DNA of 50,570 nucleotides, the filler included, from Dirinaria sp. TL-2023a (Eukaryota), in NCBI GenBank assembly GCA_051941275.1. It is 2 parts of 2 records of this genome, joined end to end, with 100 filler letters (N's around TTAATTAATTAA, not from the genome) between each part and the next. Parts side by side here need not be neighbours in the genome. Positions count along the whole stretch, not along the records: positions 25,426 to 50,570 come from JAVEBF010000176.1; 1 more part is not named here. One strand, given 5' to 3'. Shown piece after piece: positions 25,326-38,217 of this stretch (positions are counted from its first letter, which is position 1; each line of letters opens with the position of its first letter). Position numbers and translations under genes: made by a program. The notes below the pieces were generated by a model. It was given only the letters and a program-made list of their open reading frames with translations, made no database searches and had not been told where the DNA came from.

Positions 25326-25425
25326 NNNNNNNNNNNNNNNNNNNNNNNNNNNNNNNNNNNNNNNNNNNNTTAATTAATTAANNNNNNNNNNNNNNNNNNN
25401 NNNNNNNNNNNNNNNNNNNNNNNNN
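25326..25425. other. Artificial contig-join spacer (44 N + TTAATTAATTAA + 44 N)
   Basis: A 12-mer giving stop codons in all six frames, centred in a symmetric 100-nt N block. Confidence 0.97.
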
Positions 25426-25657
25426 GATTAAGAGGGAAGCTTTGAACCACCTCATCGAAGAGCGGCGGGAGCGATGCAAGCTCAGTCTTGAAGTCCTCAG
25501 CCAACTGTTGGTAGCGCTCCACTGGAGGCAGTGACAAGTCGATGGTGTATCTCGGTGTATCTCGAGCCCCGTCACCTCTGTCCTGGAGGCTGCTGCCGAA
25601 GCTGTTCGCCCTCCAGGCCGTGCTTTTTTCACGGTTCCGTAGCCCAGCAGACTCCAT
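25426..25657 (-). CDS. Acid ceramidase / N-acylethanolamine acid amidase-like protein, 5' fragment truncated by the contig end
   Basis: PRYTIDLSLPPVERYQQLA matches the N-terminal motif of the acid ceramidase/NAAA family. The ORF runs into the gap. Confidence 0.7.
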
Positions 25658-26545
25658 GAGATGCTTTGTTGGGGAGATCCAGCCTAGAGACTGAGGAAAA
25701 GGCTGGTTTGGAAAATGCTACCGGCGGTGAAGATGGTGTAAATACCTCTCTCGCTTAGCGTAGAGTAGGGCCGAATATTGCTGAGCCTCCTAATGCCGGA
25801 ACATACATTGTTGAATATATCATCAGCTGCCCATTCAGCATTCGCGAAACTCCGGGTTTGGAACGCGTCTTCTACATCCTGTTTTGGTCGCGTAGCGCAG
25901 AGGAGAATGATGAGTCTATGTATCTACATGTAAGCTAAGTACATCAAGAAGGTATCTCTTAGGGTACCGAGCCTAGCGAAGTCTGACTCTGGGATCAGCC
26001 TTGGCATCAGTCTCATCAGTCTCACCTCAGCCCGAGGAGCCTCGAACCATCGTACTTTCAGGTCAAGTACTCGTACTCCGATGAACACTAGGCATGTGCA
26101 CAAAGTGTAGCGACCCCTGAAAAGCCAGTACCTTAGTATCAGATAACCGAACATCCTTTCTACCTAAACCAGTACCCAACCATTCACACTGATTTAAAAG
26201 CTTCGAAAAATTATCATTATTACACACGATCTCTGATATCAACTTCCTCTCTCTATATTTTTGTTAAGTAAATAACCTTGGAGAAGAGGCAAACTACCAC
26301 ACATTATTGACATAATTTGTGGCACAAGATATAGCTTGCTGGGTCGATATGTAACAATTTACACAAGTGATAGCTAACATGCAGATCAAGAAGACTGTCC
26401 CTATTGCTTCTCTCTAGCCTCGCCAGAATGGCGCCAGATCCCGCCTTAGTCCGGCCCTCTATACATATGTTGCACTGGAAAGCAAACATGAACCATCTCC
26501 AGGATCACAGGGGAGCCCACAAGATCATTAAAAAGGAACCGGCAA

Positions 26546-29500
26546 TCACGGGGTTTGCCCTGGCTTCGCCTCCTCCGGACCCTGGCTCGAACCTGGACGC
26601 GGCCTCTTCGCTTCTCTCTCCACCATACTGTTCCCGCTAGCCTTTCTCTTCTCCTTGTCTCTCTGGTAATCCTCGTTTCTCGCTGCTCGTCGAGCATCTT
26701 GCGCCTTGCGCTCGTTCTCTTTCCGCAGCGCTTTCGATTCGAATTCGTGCCAGTCGCCTTGTAAAGCTTGGAGCCTAGAACGGCTTAGTAAGACAAATCA
26801 ATACCGGGGGAGGGAGAAGACCACGTACTCAACAGCTTGCCGGGGTACCGGCTCCTCCGTAGTGAAATACGGATGCTCCAGCACGTCGCCAGCCGTTGGT
26901 CTTCTGGCAGGATCATACAAGAACATAACTTGCAATAGTTCGAACGCAGCAGGCGTCAGTCGTTCTTGGTACTTCTCGGCGAAGGTACTAGGTTTTCGCT
27001 CTGGAGGCCGAAGTAGCTCAAACCACGCCATATCAACCAGCTGAGGCCATTCCGACCTCGTAGGTGTCCCAAGAACGTTGTAGATCTTTTCGAGCTGGTT
27101 GATTTCTCCGCCGTCGCCCGGAAAGATGGCGTGTCGTGTGAAGATCTCGATCATCACGCAAGCAGCGCTCCATATATCTACTGCTGGGCCATATTGCGTT
27201 TCGCCAAAAAGGAGTTCAGGTGAACGATACCAGATGGTGATGACACGATTGGTGTAATCCGGCTTCCCACGCTTCGAGAAAAACCTGGCGAGACCAAAGT
27301 CGGCCAGTTTGAGCTGCCCAGTATTGCTGACAAGAATATTTGCAGCTTTGATATCCCGATGGAGCACGCCTCGGCGATGTAGGTAATTCAGACCTTCAAA
27401 GAGCTGCTTGGCCAAATGTTTCTTGTGAGCATGCTCAAGCTTGAAAGTTGGGTGATTGAGGAGGCCAGTGAGATCGTGCGACAGATACTCGAAGACCATA
27501 AAGCAGTCATTATGCTCGACCATTACCTCTTGCAGGGAGACAACATTGTCGTGCTTCAATGACTGCAATAGCTTGATTTCGCGAACAGCAGTAACTGGAA
27601 ACCCATCCTTCTCACCTTCCATGCGGATCTTTTTCAGAGCTACCAATTTCTTTGTGTAAACATGTATTGCTTTGAAGACCTTTCCGTATGTCCCAGATCC
27701 GACGACGGACTCGTTGCCAGGTTTTCGATAGTAAACCGACTTAGATTCTGCGAAATCAGGCTCGAGCTTTGGCCTGGGCTTCGGCCGTCTCATGATCTTC
27801 TTCTCTATTATAATTTCAGGGGATCGTTCGCGACGATGCTCCCGCTTTGGCTCCCTTTTCGGTTCGGGCTTTGGCTCGCGTTCAAATCTTCTCTCCTCCC
27901 GATATCTCGACTCGTAGTATTCGTGGTCGTCGTATCTATCATCATATCTATCCCTGTGCCGGGGTTCGTCTCTATATTCACGATCTCGACGGTCATTGCT
28001 TCTCTCGTATCTAGAGTCGCGGTATTCTGGTCGTGGCCTAGATATCGGAGGCTCTCGTGACGATGGAGGTGCTTTCGGCCTCGGATTGTCTAGGGTGTTC
28101 CCCTTTCGAGGTGGCTCCCGCATCTTTTGCGCCAGATCCGGCACAGGTTTCGGGGCAACGGTAGGCGCAGCTTTTGACTTGAACGCAAAGCTAAATTTTG
28201 AGCTCTCTTTGCCGGCAGATTGCTTTCCGGGAGGAGGCATTGTTTTCTCCTTGCTGCTCTGATCTTCGACTTGTAGGTCTTTCGAAGGACGGAATGGGTT
28301 ATCGTCTTCAGTGGGAGGAGGCTGTTGATTGTAAGGATGCTGCAATGATGGTGACGGCGTGGGCTCTGATTGGCGCCCACCACGACTCCCGCCGCTGGCA
28401 GTCCATTGAAGGTTTTGGAAATGGCCCCTGCCCCTCGGAGCGTTGTTGGCGTAAGGTGGTGGTCCTGATGCCGAGTATCTTCGATCTGGAGGTTGTTGGT
28501 AATGCCCACCACGATGCGCTTGTTGAGTGCCTTGATACGGTTGTCCTTGGTAGCTTCCATGCGGTTGATGACCAGGTCCATTGTAAGGGCTCTGCTGATG
28601 GTTGGAGTAGTACTGGCCTTGGGGACTTGGTTGAGGAGGATAGCTGTTTTGTCGGTAAGGAGGGGAATAGGCATTCATACTAAGTTCAATCGTCAGTAAT
28701 ACTGTTGTCGTAACGAAGTCTATCACCTACGGGGGTTGGCCATGGTACTGCGGTGTTTGGCCACCCCAGCTTCCTCGAGGGTGACCATAGGGTGAGGCTG
28801 ACTGAGGAGATCCATGATGCGATGACGTAGGAGTCCATTGGGGGGAACTATTATACTGGTGTCGAGTATCTAGATGTGGCGGCGGCGGTCGCCTTGAGTG
28901 GTCTCCACCATGCATCGCGTGCATTGGTATAGCATTTGGGGGAAGCTGGCCTTCAGGCCCATAGTGTGACATCCGACGCGGCGGAGAAGGAGGCCTTGAA
29001 TCATCATCGAGGATAGATTGGATAGGCCTTGTAGAAGACTGCATCTTTTCAGCCGGTACCCTTGCCCTCACCCTATCGTACGGAGAGTGAGAACGCTTTT
29101 GTCTCTTGCCACTGTGTTTCCAATGTTCCTGTTTGGGCAGGGGTGACCTCTTCCGGCGGCGTGCACCGGGGCTACGGCTCTGGGATGGTCTTCTGGGACG
29201 TGGAGCTCGACGACGTGAATCTACTTCAAGGTCTCGCCTCTCTTTCTTAGATGGTCCTCGGAATGGTTTTGTTGTTGTTGAAACGGGAGATCGATCTCTT
29301 CGCACCGATCGCCGACTGTTCGACAGAGATCGAGACCGTGACGGCCTGACAATTGACACCGGTCGATATCCGTCTCTATCGGGTGTTCTTGAACGGTGAC
29401 GTTTGACGGGGGGAATGTACGAATCAACTGAGGCTCGGGTAGGGGGCTCGTCGTAAGTGGAAAAGTTTTCTACTCTGGGAGACCTAAGTGGAGTGAAAGC

Positions 29501-29998
29501 TCTACCACGGCGTGTATCAAAATCTCTGTCGATGCGACTGACGAGTGCGGGACTACGGCCTCTTCTGCGCTCTTCTCGATAATGTGTTGACTTTCGTGGC
29601 GATCTCGAGCGGCTTCTCCTGTGCTTCGCTCTTTGCTCCTCGTGATAACGATGATGATTTATGCCTGATTGTCGTTCGGCAGACGATCTTCTCCTACGCC
29701 GAGTGGAACTTTCGCCTCTGTCCCGACTCTGCGGCAATTGGTTTGACTTCCGTTCCAGCCTTTGGCCTCCTAAGTATCTTCCTGGATCTGCACCCCTCGA
29801 GGATTGTGAGATAGGTTCTGATTTAGCTAGGCCCTTTATCTTCAAGCCAGCATCACTTCCCCTTGGACGATCTGAGGCTGTAGGCGATCTGTGCCGACGG
29901 TCGCGTCTGCCCCGCTCTCTATGAGGGCGGTCGTCAGTGTGATGGTCGTCCGCTCTCCACTGATCTCTCATCGACGGGCTTCGGTACGACGCAGCCAT
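26546..29998 (-). CDS. CTK1: RNA polymerase II CTD Ser2 kinase catalytic subunit (Ctk1/Lsk1, CDK12-like) with long RS-rich N-terminus (3 exons)
   Basis: GSGTYGKV, GFPVTAVREIKLL, HRDIKAAN, DFGLAR, YTNRVITIWYR, and last exon LQGDWHEFESK. A 51-nt intron at about 28680-28730 joins ORF 28727..29998 to the kinase ORF. Second intron at about 26775-26828. Confidence 0.93.
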
Positions 29999-31850
29999 GT
30001 AAACGTCCCCTTCATCTGGCCTGCCGAAGTGGTGATGTCTTTGGATGTTGGAGCTGTCATAAAAATTACCTTACCGTACCCGAATTGGAAACGGTGAAGT
30101 CCCTCGGCGTACCTTAAGCAAGCCGGGCAAGATTAGCCGAACCAGCTCCTTCGGAGTGAATTGGGTATGGAGAGTGTATAAGGCTTACCTGCTACACCAT
30201 CCTAGATCATGAGATTTCTTCCCATGCCTCGTAATTCCACCTTCACCCAGATGCTTAGATCAATTCCCCCACCGACTTAAACCACGACCCTTGCCGACAA
30301 GCCTGCATAAGTCAAATCAAGTCCAGGCTTTGGACAGAGCCAGCAGTGTCATCCAGGCTGTTCAAACACCCCAGACTGATAAGACGCCCAGTCCTCCAGG
30401 ATCCTCTTGACGGTGCCGTCTCACAGACGAAACTATCTACGAATATGCCAATCTAAATGCTTGACCCAATGCACAGGCTTTACCTCTGCCAATGCTCCAC
30501 CTTCTGTCTCTTGAGCGTAGAGATTCCCCACCTCGGCGTAAGTTTCTCAAACAGATCGAGAAAATGAGCTGGCGGATGTGTTCTTTGCAATGATGGACCC
30601 ATGACGCGAAGCCCATACTTTAAGCGTGCGAAGGTTGGCCAGTGCAGTTGCCAAGCGGATCGCGCAAACTTGTGTAGCGTCTGCAGGCCAGGGGCGATTT
30701 TTCTACTAAGTCACCACCAGGAGACGTCCTGGTACTTGAGCAAACGAGGGCTCTTGCAAATGCAACATCTGACCGAGGTCGTCCGAACTGTTCTGAGAAG
30801 CGAAGCGCTGAGCGAGGGTAGCCGCCGCCGTACGCGCGAAGTTGGGGGAACACCACAGGCCAAATGGGCGATGCTTTCTGCTGTACCGTGTCCGAAGTAA
30901 AGCTAGAGCATTGCATGCACACAATTCCTCCATCACAGATCGTGCACTTCGCACCTTTGGCAGCCTCTCATTCTGCGGCCGTACTGTATCATTGCGCAGT
31001 GAACGTACCGCATTTTCGCTCATTGCCTGTGGCAGAGCAAATTCAAGACATCTTGATCAATTGTTGGGAGATCGGCTGATATGAAAACAAAGTCCGTGGT
31101 TGGTAAGGAAGAGGATGTTCCGGATCCTCTACCGGCATCGTCCGCTTCGACATCCTAGCTACGACTTCCAGGCACCATCAAACCGCCAGAAAGCAGCGCA
31201 CATTTCATCAAGTTGCATGCAAATGATCATTGGAAATACATGAGATTAGTAGAGACACTCGTGACGGAGCCCAGAATAGACCTTGCGAAGGTGCAGGTAG
31301 GGTTGATGAAGTGAGGTTCTCGTGCAAGGTGGGGGCCCCAAAGAGGGCGATCTTTTGAAATCCCTTGGCAGAAGTCCGTCCTGGCTGTTTCGTACGGTAT
31401 TGTAAGTTATTCCTCCTTGGCTGCAGTACTTTAACGTAAGGTAAGTAAGGTGCTGCTTTTGCTTCTTTTGAAAGCAATCACACTATCACAGGTTCATTCC
31501 CAAAGAGTAGAGATTCCTAGAGAGAAGTAGAGTGCCATTCATACGTAGATCGTGGTATCTAGAAAGCAGTAGCTTCTACCTTATCTTACCAAGGGACGCG
31601 GTCAAATCAAGGAGCACTGATGCATGGTGCAGGCAAGTCCATGCTCTGAAGGATGATCAGTCTACTGACCATGATCATATACAGGAACCGCAGTCGCGCG
31701 TGTACTATTGCTACTGCTACTTTTTCCGTTGCTCTCATTGGCATATATATACAAGACCAACGCCCCGCGCTGCCCCAGTAATGCCATGTAGCTATCTACG
31801 TGTACTTATTCAGGCCGTCGAGGCCTATTCACTAGACGATCATCTTATCC

Positions 31851-33566
31851 TCACGTAAATCTCCTTCCCCCGATGCCATGGCCATGTGCGTGATGCTGAT
31901 GGTGGTGGTGGCGCTTTTTGTGCGCCGGAGTAGCCTGTACGGCAGGATTGGCTGTGACCGTGACATCAACCATCACATCTATCTGCTCATGTACTTCGCG
32001 TCCTATTGTTGTGTACTTGATGTCAATGGTCGATTCATCTTTCGGCTTCTCGACATTTTCAGCTGGGGCTGGAGTCGTCGCTGGAGGCGAGATAGGTGTT
32101 GATGGAGCTGTGTTCGCTGATGCTGACTCCTGTATGAATTGGCCGCCAGCCTCTGGTCCAACTGTATGGGATGCTTCAGCTTTTGACGCCTGTGACTGTA
32201 ATGGCAAGACAGGATTCTTAGCTATGGATGGCTGGTAGTTTGCCGTAGATGGTGGAGGTGTAGCTGCTGGTTGAGCTCCCGGTTTCGTGGCCATCTCCGG
32301 CCCAGATTGGATAGCTAAGCCTCCTGGAAGACCTGGCCTAGGACCTTTGACATTCTCCTGCGCAATTGCCTCCGGAAGTGGGTTTTCGAGAGTACACGAG
32401 CCTGTGTTGGGCGGGAATTTGAAAACAGGGCATGCCTCTTGGTCTCCGCTTAGAGACGTGCAAGTATCAACCGCCTGCTGCAACACGCCCGGCTGCCATG
32501 CCTCGATAAAATCACCGTGGTATCCGTGGCCTAGATACTGTTAATTTCCTCCTGGAGAACTCGATATAGCCTTGCGACTCACCATGCGGATCACCATTTG
32601 AAAAAACGAACTGCCCATTCTTCCCCTTGTAGGCATCTGTGGCGACTATAGTTTCGTAGAAAAGACTGACCAGACGGCGATCATAGCCTTCGGGGCAATT
32701 TCCAGTCATCACACCGTCCGGGTACGCGACATGAGATTTGTGCATTTCCCCATCCTTTTCGCCATTCCAGCAGGAGGGGAACATTAGCTCGAGGCGGATT
32801 CCATCAGCGCAAGTAGCATCTAGATATCCCTTGTCGGGCATGAAGTGGCGCATGAGCGATGGTTCGTCGGTTCCCTTAGCATAATTGAGGCAATTGAATC
32901 CGATTGCGCGCTGAGTACGAAGCTCCTGGGACTCTTCAGGCCAAGGGCCAAGTGGGTTTGGATCAGGGTCGGGCAGTGACGAATTGCGGTTATAGTTATT
33001 TCCGGCAAGCATCTGAAACCCTTCGGGGAAGGCTTCAATCTTTTGGGTTTGGCCGTCGTGGGTCATGCCACCGTTCAAGAAGTAATACCTAGCTAACTTT
33101 AGAAACGTTTCCAATAGCCATTCGAGGAATACACAGTGTATGTCGAGCGTAGTTGGCGCAGTGGTGACTTACGACTTATGGGGAGGCTTTTCGGGAACCA
33201 CTTCGGTCGAGCCATCATCCCCTATGAAATAGAGAGCTGGAGTCCAGTACGCCGACATATCCTGTCCAACAGAACAACTCGCGCACTTAGATTTGAGCAG
33301 GTCTGCGGAATTCGAAGTTGTGCTGAAGGCTGTCGAGGATTTAGCTTTCACTCACTGCTCGGGTCTGGTGGGGATTGCATCGGTGAATGCAGAAAGGACT
33401 TACCACTACCGCCTTTAATGCTATGAACATGGTCTCCAATTGTACCTGGATTCATCAAGGGATCCATGCGAGCTAGGCCAGTTGAGCCGTCACATAGAAG
33501 CCGCCAAAATGCATTAGTGCTTCCAAAACTGGATAGAAGGATAGCCAAGACGTATAGTGAAGCCAT
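31851..33566 (-). CDS. Secreted DUF1996-family protein with P/A/S/T-rich linker and His-rich tail (multi-exon)
   Basis: Signal peptide, then AFWRLLC, ARMDPLMNPG..HVHSIKGGS, DMSAYWTPALYF, AFPEGFQMLAGN, LMFPSCWNG and FSNGDP, followed by the HGDF-type exon. Confidence 0.88.
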
Positions 33567-35851
33567 GATGCCAGACGTCTTAATGAAGCTTTTCACGGTG
33601 GAAAATGATCTAGCTAAAAGGCGGTTTTTGATCAACTTTGAACGGAGCAAGTTGCGAAGAAAAGCCGAACAAAGATATGTCCAATAGTACCAAGAGCCTT
33701 GAAACCACAATGACGGATTCGCCCTTGCAAAGGCCGTGAATCCTGGCTAATTGAATGATAATTTGATGTAGGTTTTGTGACAAGAATGAAGTGTTGAAAG
33801 AGGTGGAAGCGATGGTTCAATAATCAGGGTTGTTGATATTGAAATGAGCAAAGATGAAGCCGTGCACAGCAACGGACCCTAAGCATGCGATTAGCTTCAC
33901 AACTTTTTGTTTATCAGCAGCCATTCAGGTCATTTTAATCTTGTATATAGTTTACATAGTGGTCATGAACGAATATCAGAAACGAGACAATGTCCAAGGA
34001 TCCAAATCAAATTTGAGACGGTGACTTACTGGAGATTTCTTTATCAAAGAATCTGCTTCACCAGATGATGTATTTGTTGCTCAGATGATATGTTGTTTTG
34101 TCCTGCTTTTGCCTTGCGGGTAATTCGCAACGCAATGACCTGAGTAGCTCGGTTTCGAGATAGGTTTCTGCCAATTGTTAGGTGACGTTCCTGATTTCCC
34201 GTATGTATTGCTGCTGCTCACTCTTGGATCTATGCTGGCTACACAATGCTTGATGATGCAGGGCAGTAAGATGTTTCACGCACTTAAAAGAATGACTTCA
34301 GGCTGGCTGGAAAGAATGACAAGAGGACAACCGACTTGCGGAAGTCCAAACCCTGTAAGGAACGTGGTGCTGTACAGCTAAGGAACGTAATGTGGTTGTA
34401 GAACCGAGAGAGAGTGGAAAGATAGAAGAAGACGAAAGAAGCGCGGAATAAAGAATGGACCAGGACAAGGAGATAAAAGGGTTGGGGGGTTGATTGAGGA
34501 TTGGCCAGTGAAGAACCAATCATGAAGCCTAGAGCTACCGGTTGGGGTTATGGGGTTGAGATTCATTGTGAGACATGCCGGTCCGCGCTTTTCTCCTTTG
34601 TTTTTCGCCCACACCCCCTGAGTGTCCTTTAAGGGTACAGTACAGTACAGTAAAGGAAATCCCCCCTCGCCCCGCAACATCTAAGGTGAGGACCAAGCTT
34701 TGTCTTGGCGGCTGGATTCTCTTCCTAAGGTAAAGTATGCTACTGTACATGAGGTAATAATGCTCGGTACCGGGGTTGCAAGTTTGGGCGACCCATGGAA
34801 CGTCCAGTATGTAGTCATTACAGTGGCAGTAAAGTGCTTAGCATGGGATGGGATGAGCGAATGATGATACAGATGATGATCATGATGCGAAATGGGAGAT
34901 TGGGTGGAGTGTGTTTGCAGGGGGGACTGTCAAAGCTGAAACACGTCGGGCCCGATCCAGTCATTTTGCCGCTTCATCCTTTGGCGTCGGCAGGCGGCTA
35001 TGGCTCAAAGCTTAGCATCCCCGCTTCAAAACCACACAGCATTATTATGAAAAGAAGAGTGCCCGGAACACCATGCAAGTCACAGCAATAATATCAGTCA
35101 TCAATGGTCGTACACTTCATGAGATCACGCGTACGATTGAACAAAGGAGAATGGATACCCGGCTCTCAACAGGCGGTTTTTTAAAATTGATCAATGATCT
35201 ATGCGAATGCACTACGAAGTGCAGACATCCCTTTCCCGCCAATGCAAAGTCATGGATATGTACTGTACCTTACTGTACCTAGGCAATGCATAATCTACCT
35301 CGAACGTAACTCGTTATCAGAGCTGACCCATGGCTTTGATCTTATCAATAGACGCACAGTAGTCAAACCCAGTCAGATATTTACGAGCGCAGATTGAGAA
35401 TCGAGGAATCCACTTACATGTACTGTACGGTACAGAAGCCATGCATGTGAGAATCTGCAGAATGCCAATTGTATGCTTGACGGTTAATTGGGCATCTCCA
35501 TCCCCCGTTTCAAGTCTCCTATGCTTTCAGTATTCATCAGCATAGTCATTCCTCAAGGTGTTGATCCAACCTTTTCCTTCATCTATCATTTATTCTCAGT
35601 CCCAAAAAAAAGAAATAAATACACAGGCTTGCAACCATGGAACCGACGAACCTCTTCCAAAACTCCAGATTCAAACAGCCTGTCAGCCTACTCAATGGAA
35701 ATTCGTTTACGCCATGACATTCAACACTGAACGGCAATATGTACGTTTCACTATATGTGCAGATATTATTTGCAAAGTTTGCTCCACCATTCAAGGTCAT
35801 CGAGGAACTCGCTGGAGCCTAAGACACAAATTAGTCGTTACCAGAACAACT

Positions 35852-36325
35852 TTAGAAGTACCAACGACCAGTGATGTCGCCTTCTGGCCAGATGAAGTGG
35901 CCATCTGGAATAGGCTGAACAGGTGTCTTGGGTCGTCTGGATGCTGCCCTAGGTGGTACTTTGGGGGCAGGCCTGGGTGATGGCCAGATAAAGTGGCCAT
36001 CTGGAATAGCCTGCACCGGTGTTTTGGGCCTGGATGCTGCCCTGGGTGGTACCCTGGGTGGTGGTGGTCTGGGCGCTGGTCTGGGCGCTGGTCTAGGCGG
36101 TAGTTTAGGCGGAGCGGGTAAAGTCTTGTTAGTATGAGGAGTTCTTCGCTGTAAAGGTGTCGGAGGAAGAGGTCTGCGTTGGCTATGATTTACATTCCTA
36201 GGCGGAAGGGGAGGCTTTTGCTTTTGACGATAAAAGTCCGTCCTCGTAGCCTGACGGGCTACAGGGCGAGAGATCTGAGATTTCTGAACAGGTTTGCGGG
36301 CCGGCCGCGAATGTGAACTACCCAT
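35852..36325 (-). CDS. Small basic Pro-rich orphan protein with N-myristoylation motif and internal duplication
   Basis: 157-aa ORF starting MGSSHS. Two copies of a ~26-aa unit ending IPDGHFIWP whose nucleotide differences are mostly synonymous. Confidence 0.65.
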   Translation of the reverse strand: MGSSHSRPARKPVQKSQISRPVARQATRTDFYRQKQKPPLPPRNVNHSQRRPLPPTPLQRRTPHTNKTLPAPPKLPPRPAPRPAPRPPPPRVPPRAASRPKTPVQAIPDGHFIWPSPRPAPKVPPRAASRRPKTPVQPIPDGHFIWPEGDITGRWYF

Positions 36326-37113
36326 TGCTGGGGGAAAAGTAGGTCAATGTACAAAAAGTGGAAATATTGTGGAAATACTCTGTTCGATACCAACGTGAAG
36401 AAATAAAAGACAGAATGAACGCCTAAAAAAGGTGACGGGAGAAGGGCTGCCGCGATGAGCTTTATCAACAATTCTTCATTGTTAGATACTCTGCTAAATT
36501 TACATTCATTCTGTGATGTATTCGAGACTTTCTTTGTCTATTCAATCTTCTAGCTCTGTATGGCGCAACGGACTCGACCGTGCTTGATCGAACAATAAGT
36601 CTTTGTCTCTAGAACTAGAAATTTGCTGCGAAGGACAAAGCTGTTGGTGACAAGACATCATCAGTTATCGAAATCTGCTCCGAGCATGGCGAGGTCCGGT
36701 CGTCCGTTAAACAAAATTTCATCAGGCATGGGCTCTGATAGTACGCCTCAAGGCGAAAACGATGTGTCAATGCGTAACTCAGTCGCAGGCGAACTTGTGT
36801 CCCACAAGCACCTGAGCATTGGAGATCCACAACACGGTGGATCCCCATCTCAGGCATGTCGGTTCAAGGCCGCCAACAAAAGCTTTCTCCTATCTTCCCT
36901 CGGATTTTTCGATTTTCTTTTCGGGTTAGATACAATCCCAAAAGAGAAAGATTAATTGACATGAAAGGCGAAAATAGGACAGCCTTGAACCACACCCATT
37001 CAAGTGCTCCCTACGACTGCAAAGTGTTCGAAACAGACAGGGCGGGAGCCGGCACTATATAGCTATTGAGACTGGTTTTGCAGTATCACTAGACATGAGG
37101 CGTATGCTATGGT

Positions 37114-37971
37114 TTATCGCTGCCCAAATGGCTCATCTGACACTCGTTGCGACTCGTTAATTTCTCCTCTGTCTCCTGTAGGTTCCAGCGGGTACGTAGT
37201 AGATGGCAAACTCTCTAGATATTTTCGATGATGTTCTTGGGCCTACGCGAACTGGTCAGCACATTGCAACAAAAAACCTTCTATGACTGCAGACTGCAAT
37301 TCGCCGCGAGCGATCAAGGTAGGAGAACTCGGGGTGAGCCTTACGAATGGTAGACCGCAGTATGTACACCAATTGATCTGTGGCTTATCGACGTTGATGA
37401 AGATGCGTGGATGCCCCAATGGCCCGCCGCCACCATCACAAGAGACAGTCCTATTCTTCGTCCACCGGACAGGTTGCTTATGGATGAGAGATATGGCGGC
37501 TTCGGGTTGTGGCTACATTATGAGCATCATCAGCATATCCTCGTTGCCTTTGCGCACATTCTTGTGCTACCACCACTCTCGAACCGCTTAAGTCTTTCTT
37601 CCATGGTAGGTAATTGTTTTACTGACCTGGAATTCCATAATGGTCTGCTCAAACCGCGGCCCACTCATCGCTCTGTCCCTCGGCTCCTGGCTCCGTGACC
37701 ACACGTCCTTCCGATTCGGCGCCTGCATCTGCCGCTGTTTCTCGCTGTCTTCGGGCAATTCCTGTAATGGCTGATCCCGTAGGCCCATTGGCGAGATGGG
37801 CACAGCGTTGCTGTCGGAGACATTTTGGACTGGTTCAGGCGGGTTGGGATCATTGGTGGGTAGCTTGTCTGCAAAAGGATCGCGGGTCGCATAGCTGCGG
37901 AGAGTACCAAGTTGCAACGAGCGCCTGGAGAGGAGGGAGATGGCATTCGAGGGAAGGCGGAATGGGGGCAT
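37114..37971 (-). CDS. NDUFS6: NADH:ubiquinone oxidoreductase zinc-binding accessory subunit (NDUFS6/NUMM, zf-CHCC; 3 exons)
   Basis: QAPNRKDVWSRSQEPRDRAMSGPRFEQT in exon 1. Exon 2 read manually: PQPEAAISLIHKQPV...SCDGGGGPLGHPRIFINVDKPQINWCTYCGLPF. Confidence 0.92.
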
Positions 37972-38217
37972 GTTGAATTGGGTTGAAACAGCAAGCCACG
38001 AGTGTCTAATGCACTGGGATTTGGATCGGGATTCGGAAATACTGGCTCACTACTGGGAAGCTGCTGCTCAAAGGCCGGCTCGGAATTCCTTCCGCTTTTA
38101 GGTGTGTACGATATGACGGAAAAATAAACGTAGAGCATCAACCCAACAAACATCATTACTTACTCATGTTCACTCCCACGGCTTTTTTACACTGCATCCA
38201 AGTCTTGCACTACCAAA

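Noticed and set aside
25370..25381. TTAATTAATTAA palindrome as a biological site
   Set aside because: It is an assembly spacer.
28680..28730. Two long same-frame ORFs separated by a single TAG, suggesting stop-codon readthrough or A-to-I editing in CTK1
   Set aside because: The TAG lies inside a canonical 51-nt intron (GTAGGT...CTGAC...TAG), so ordinary splicing explains it.
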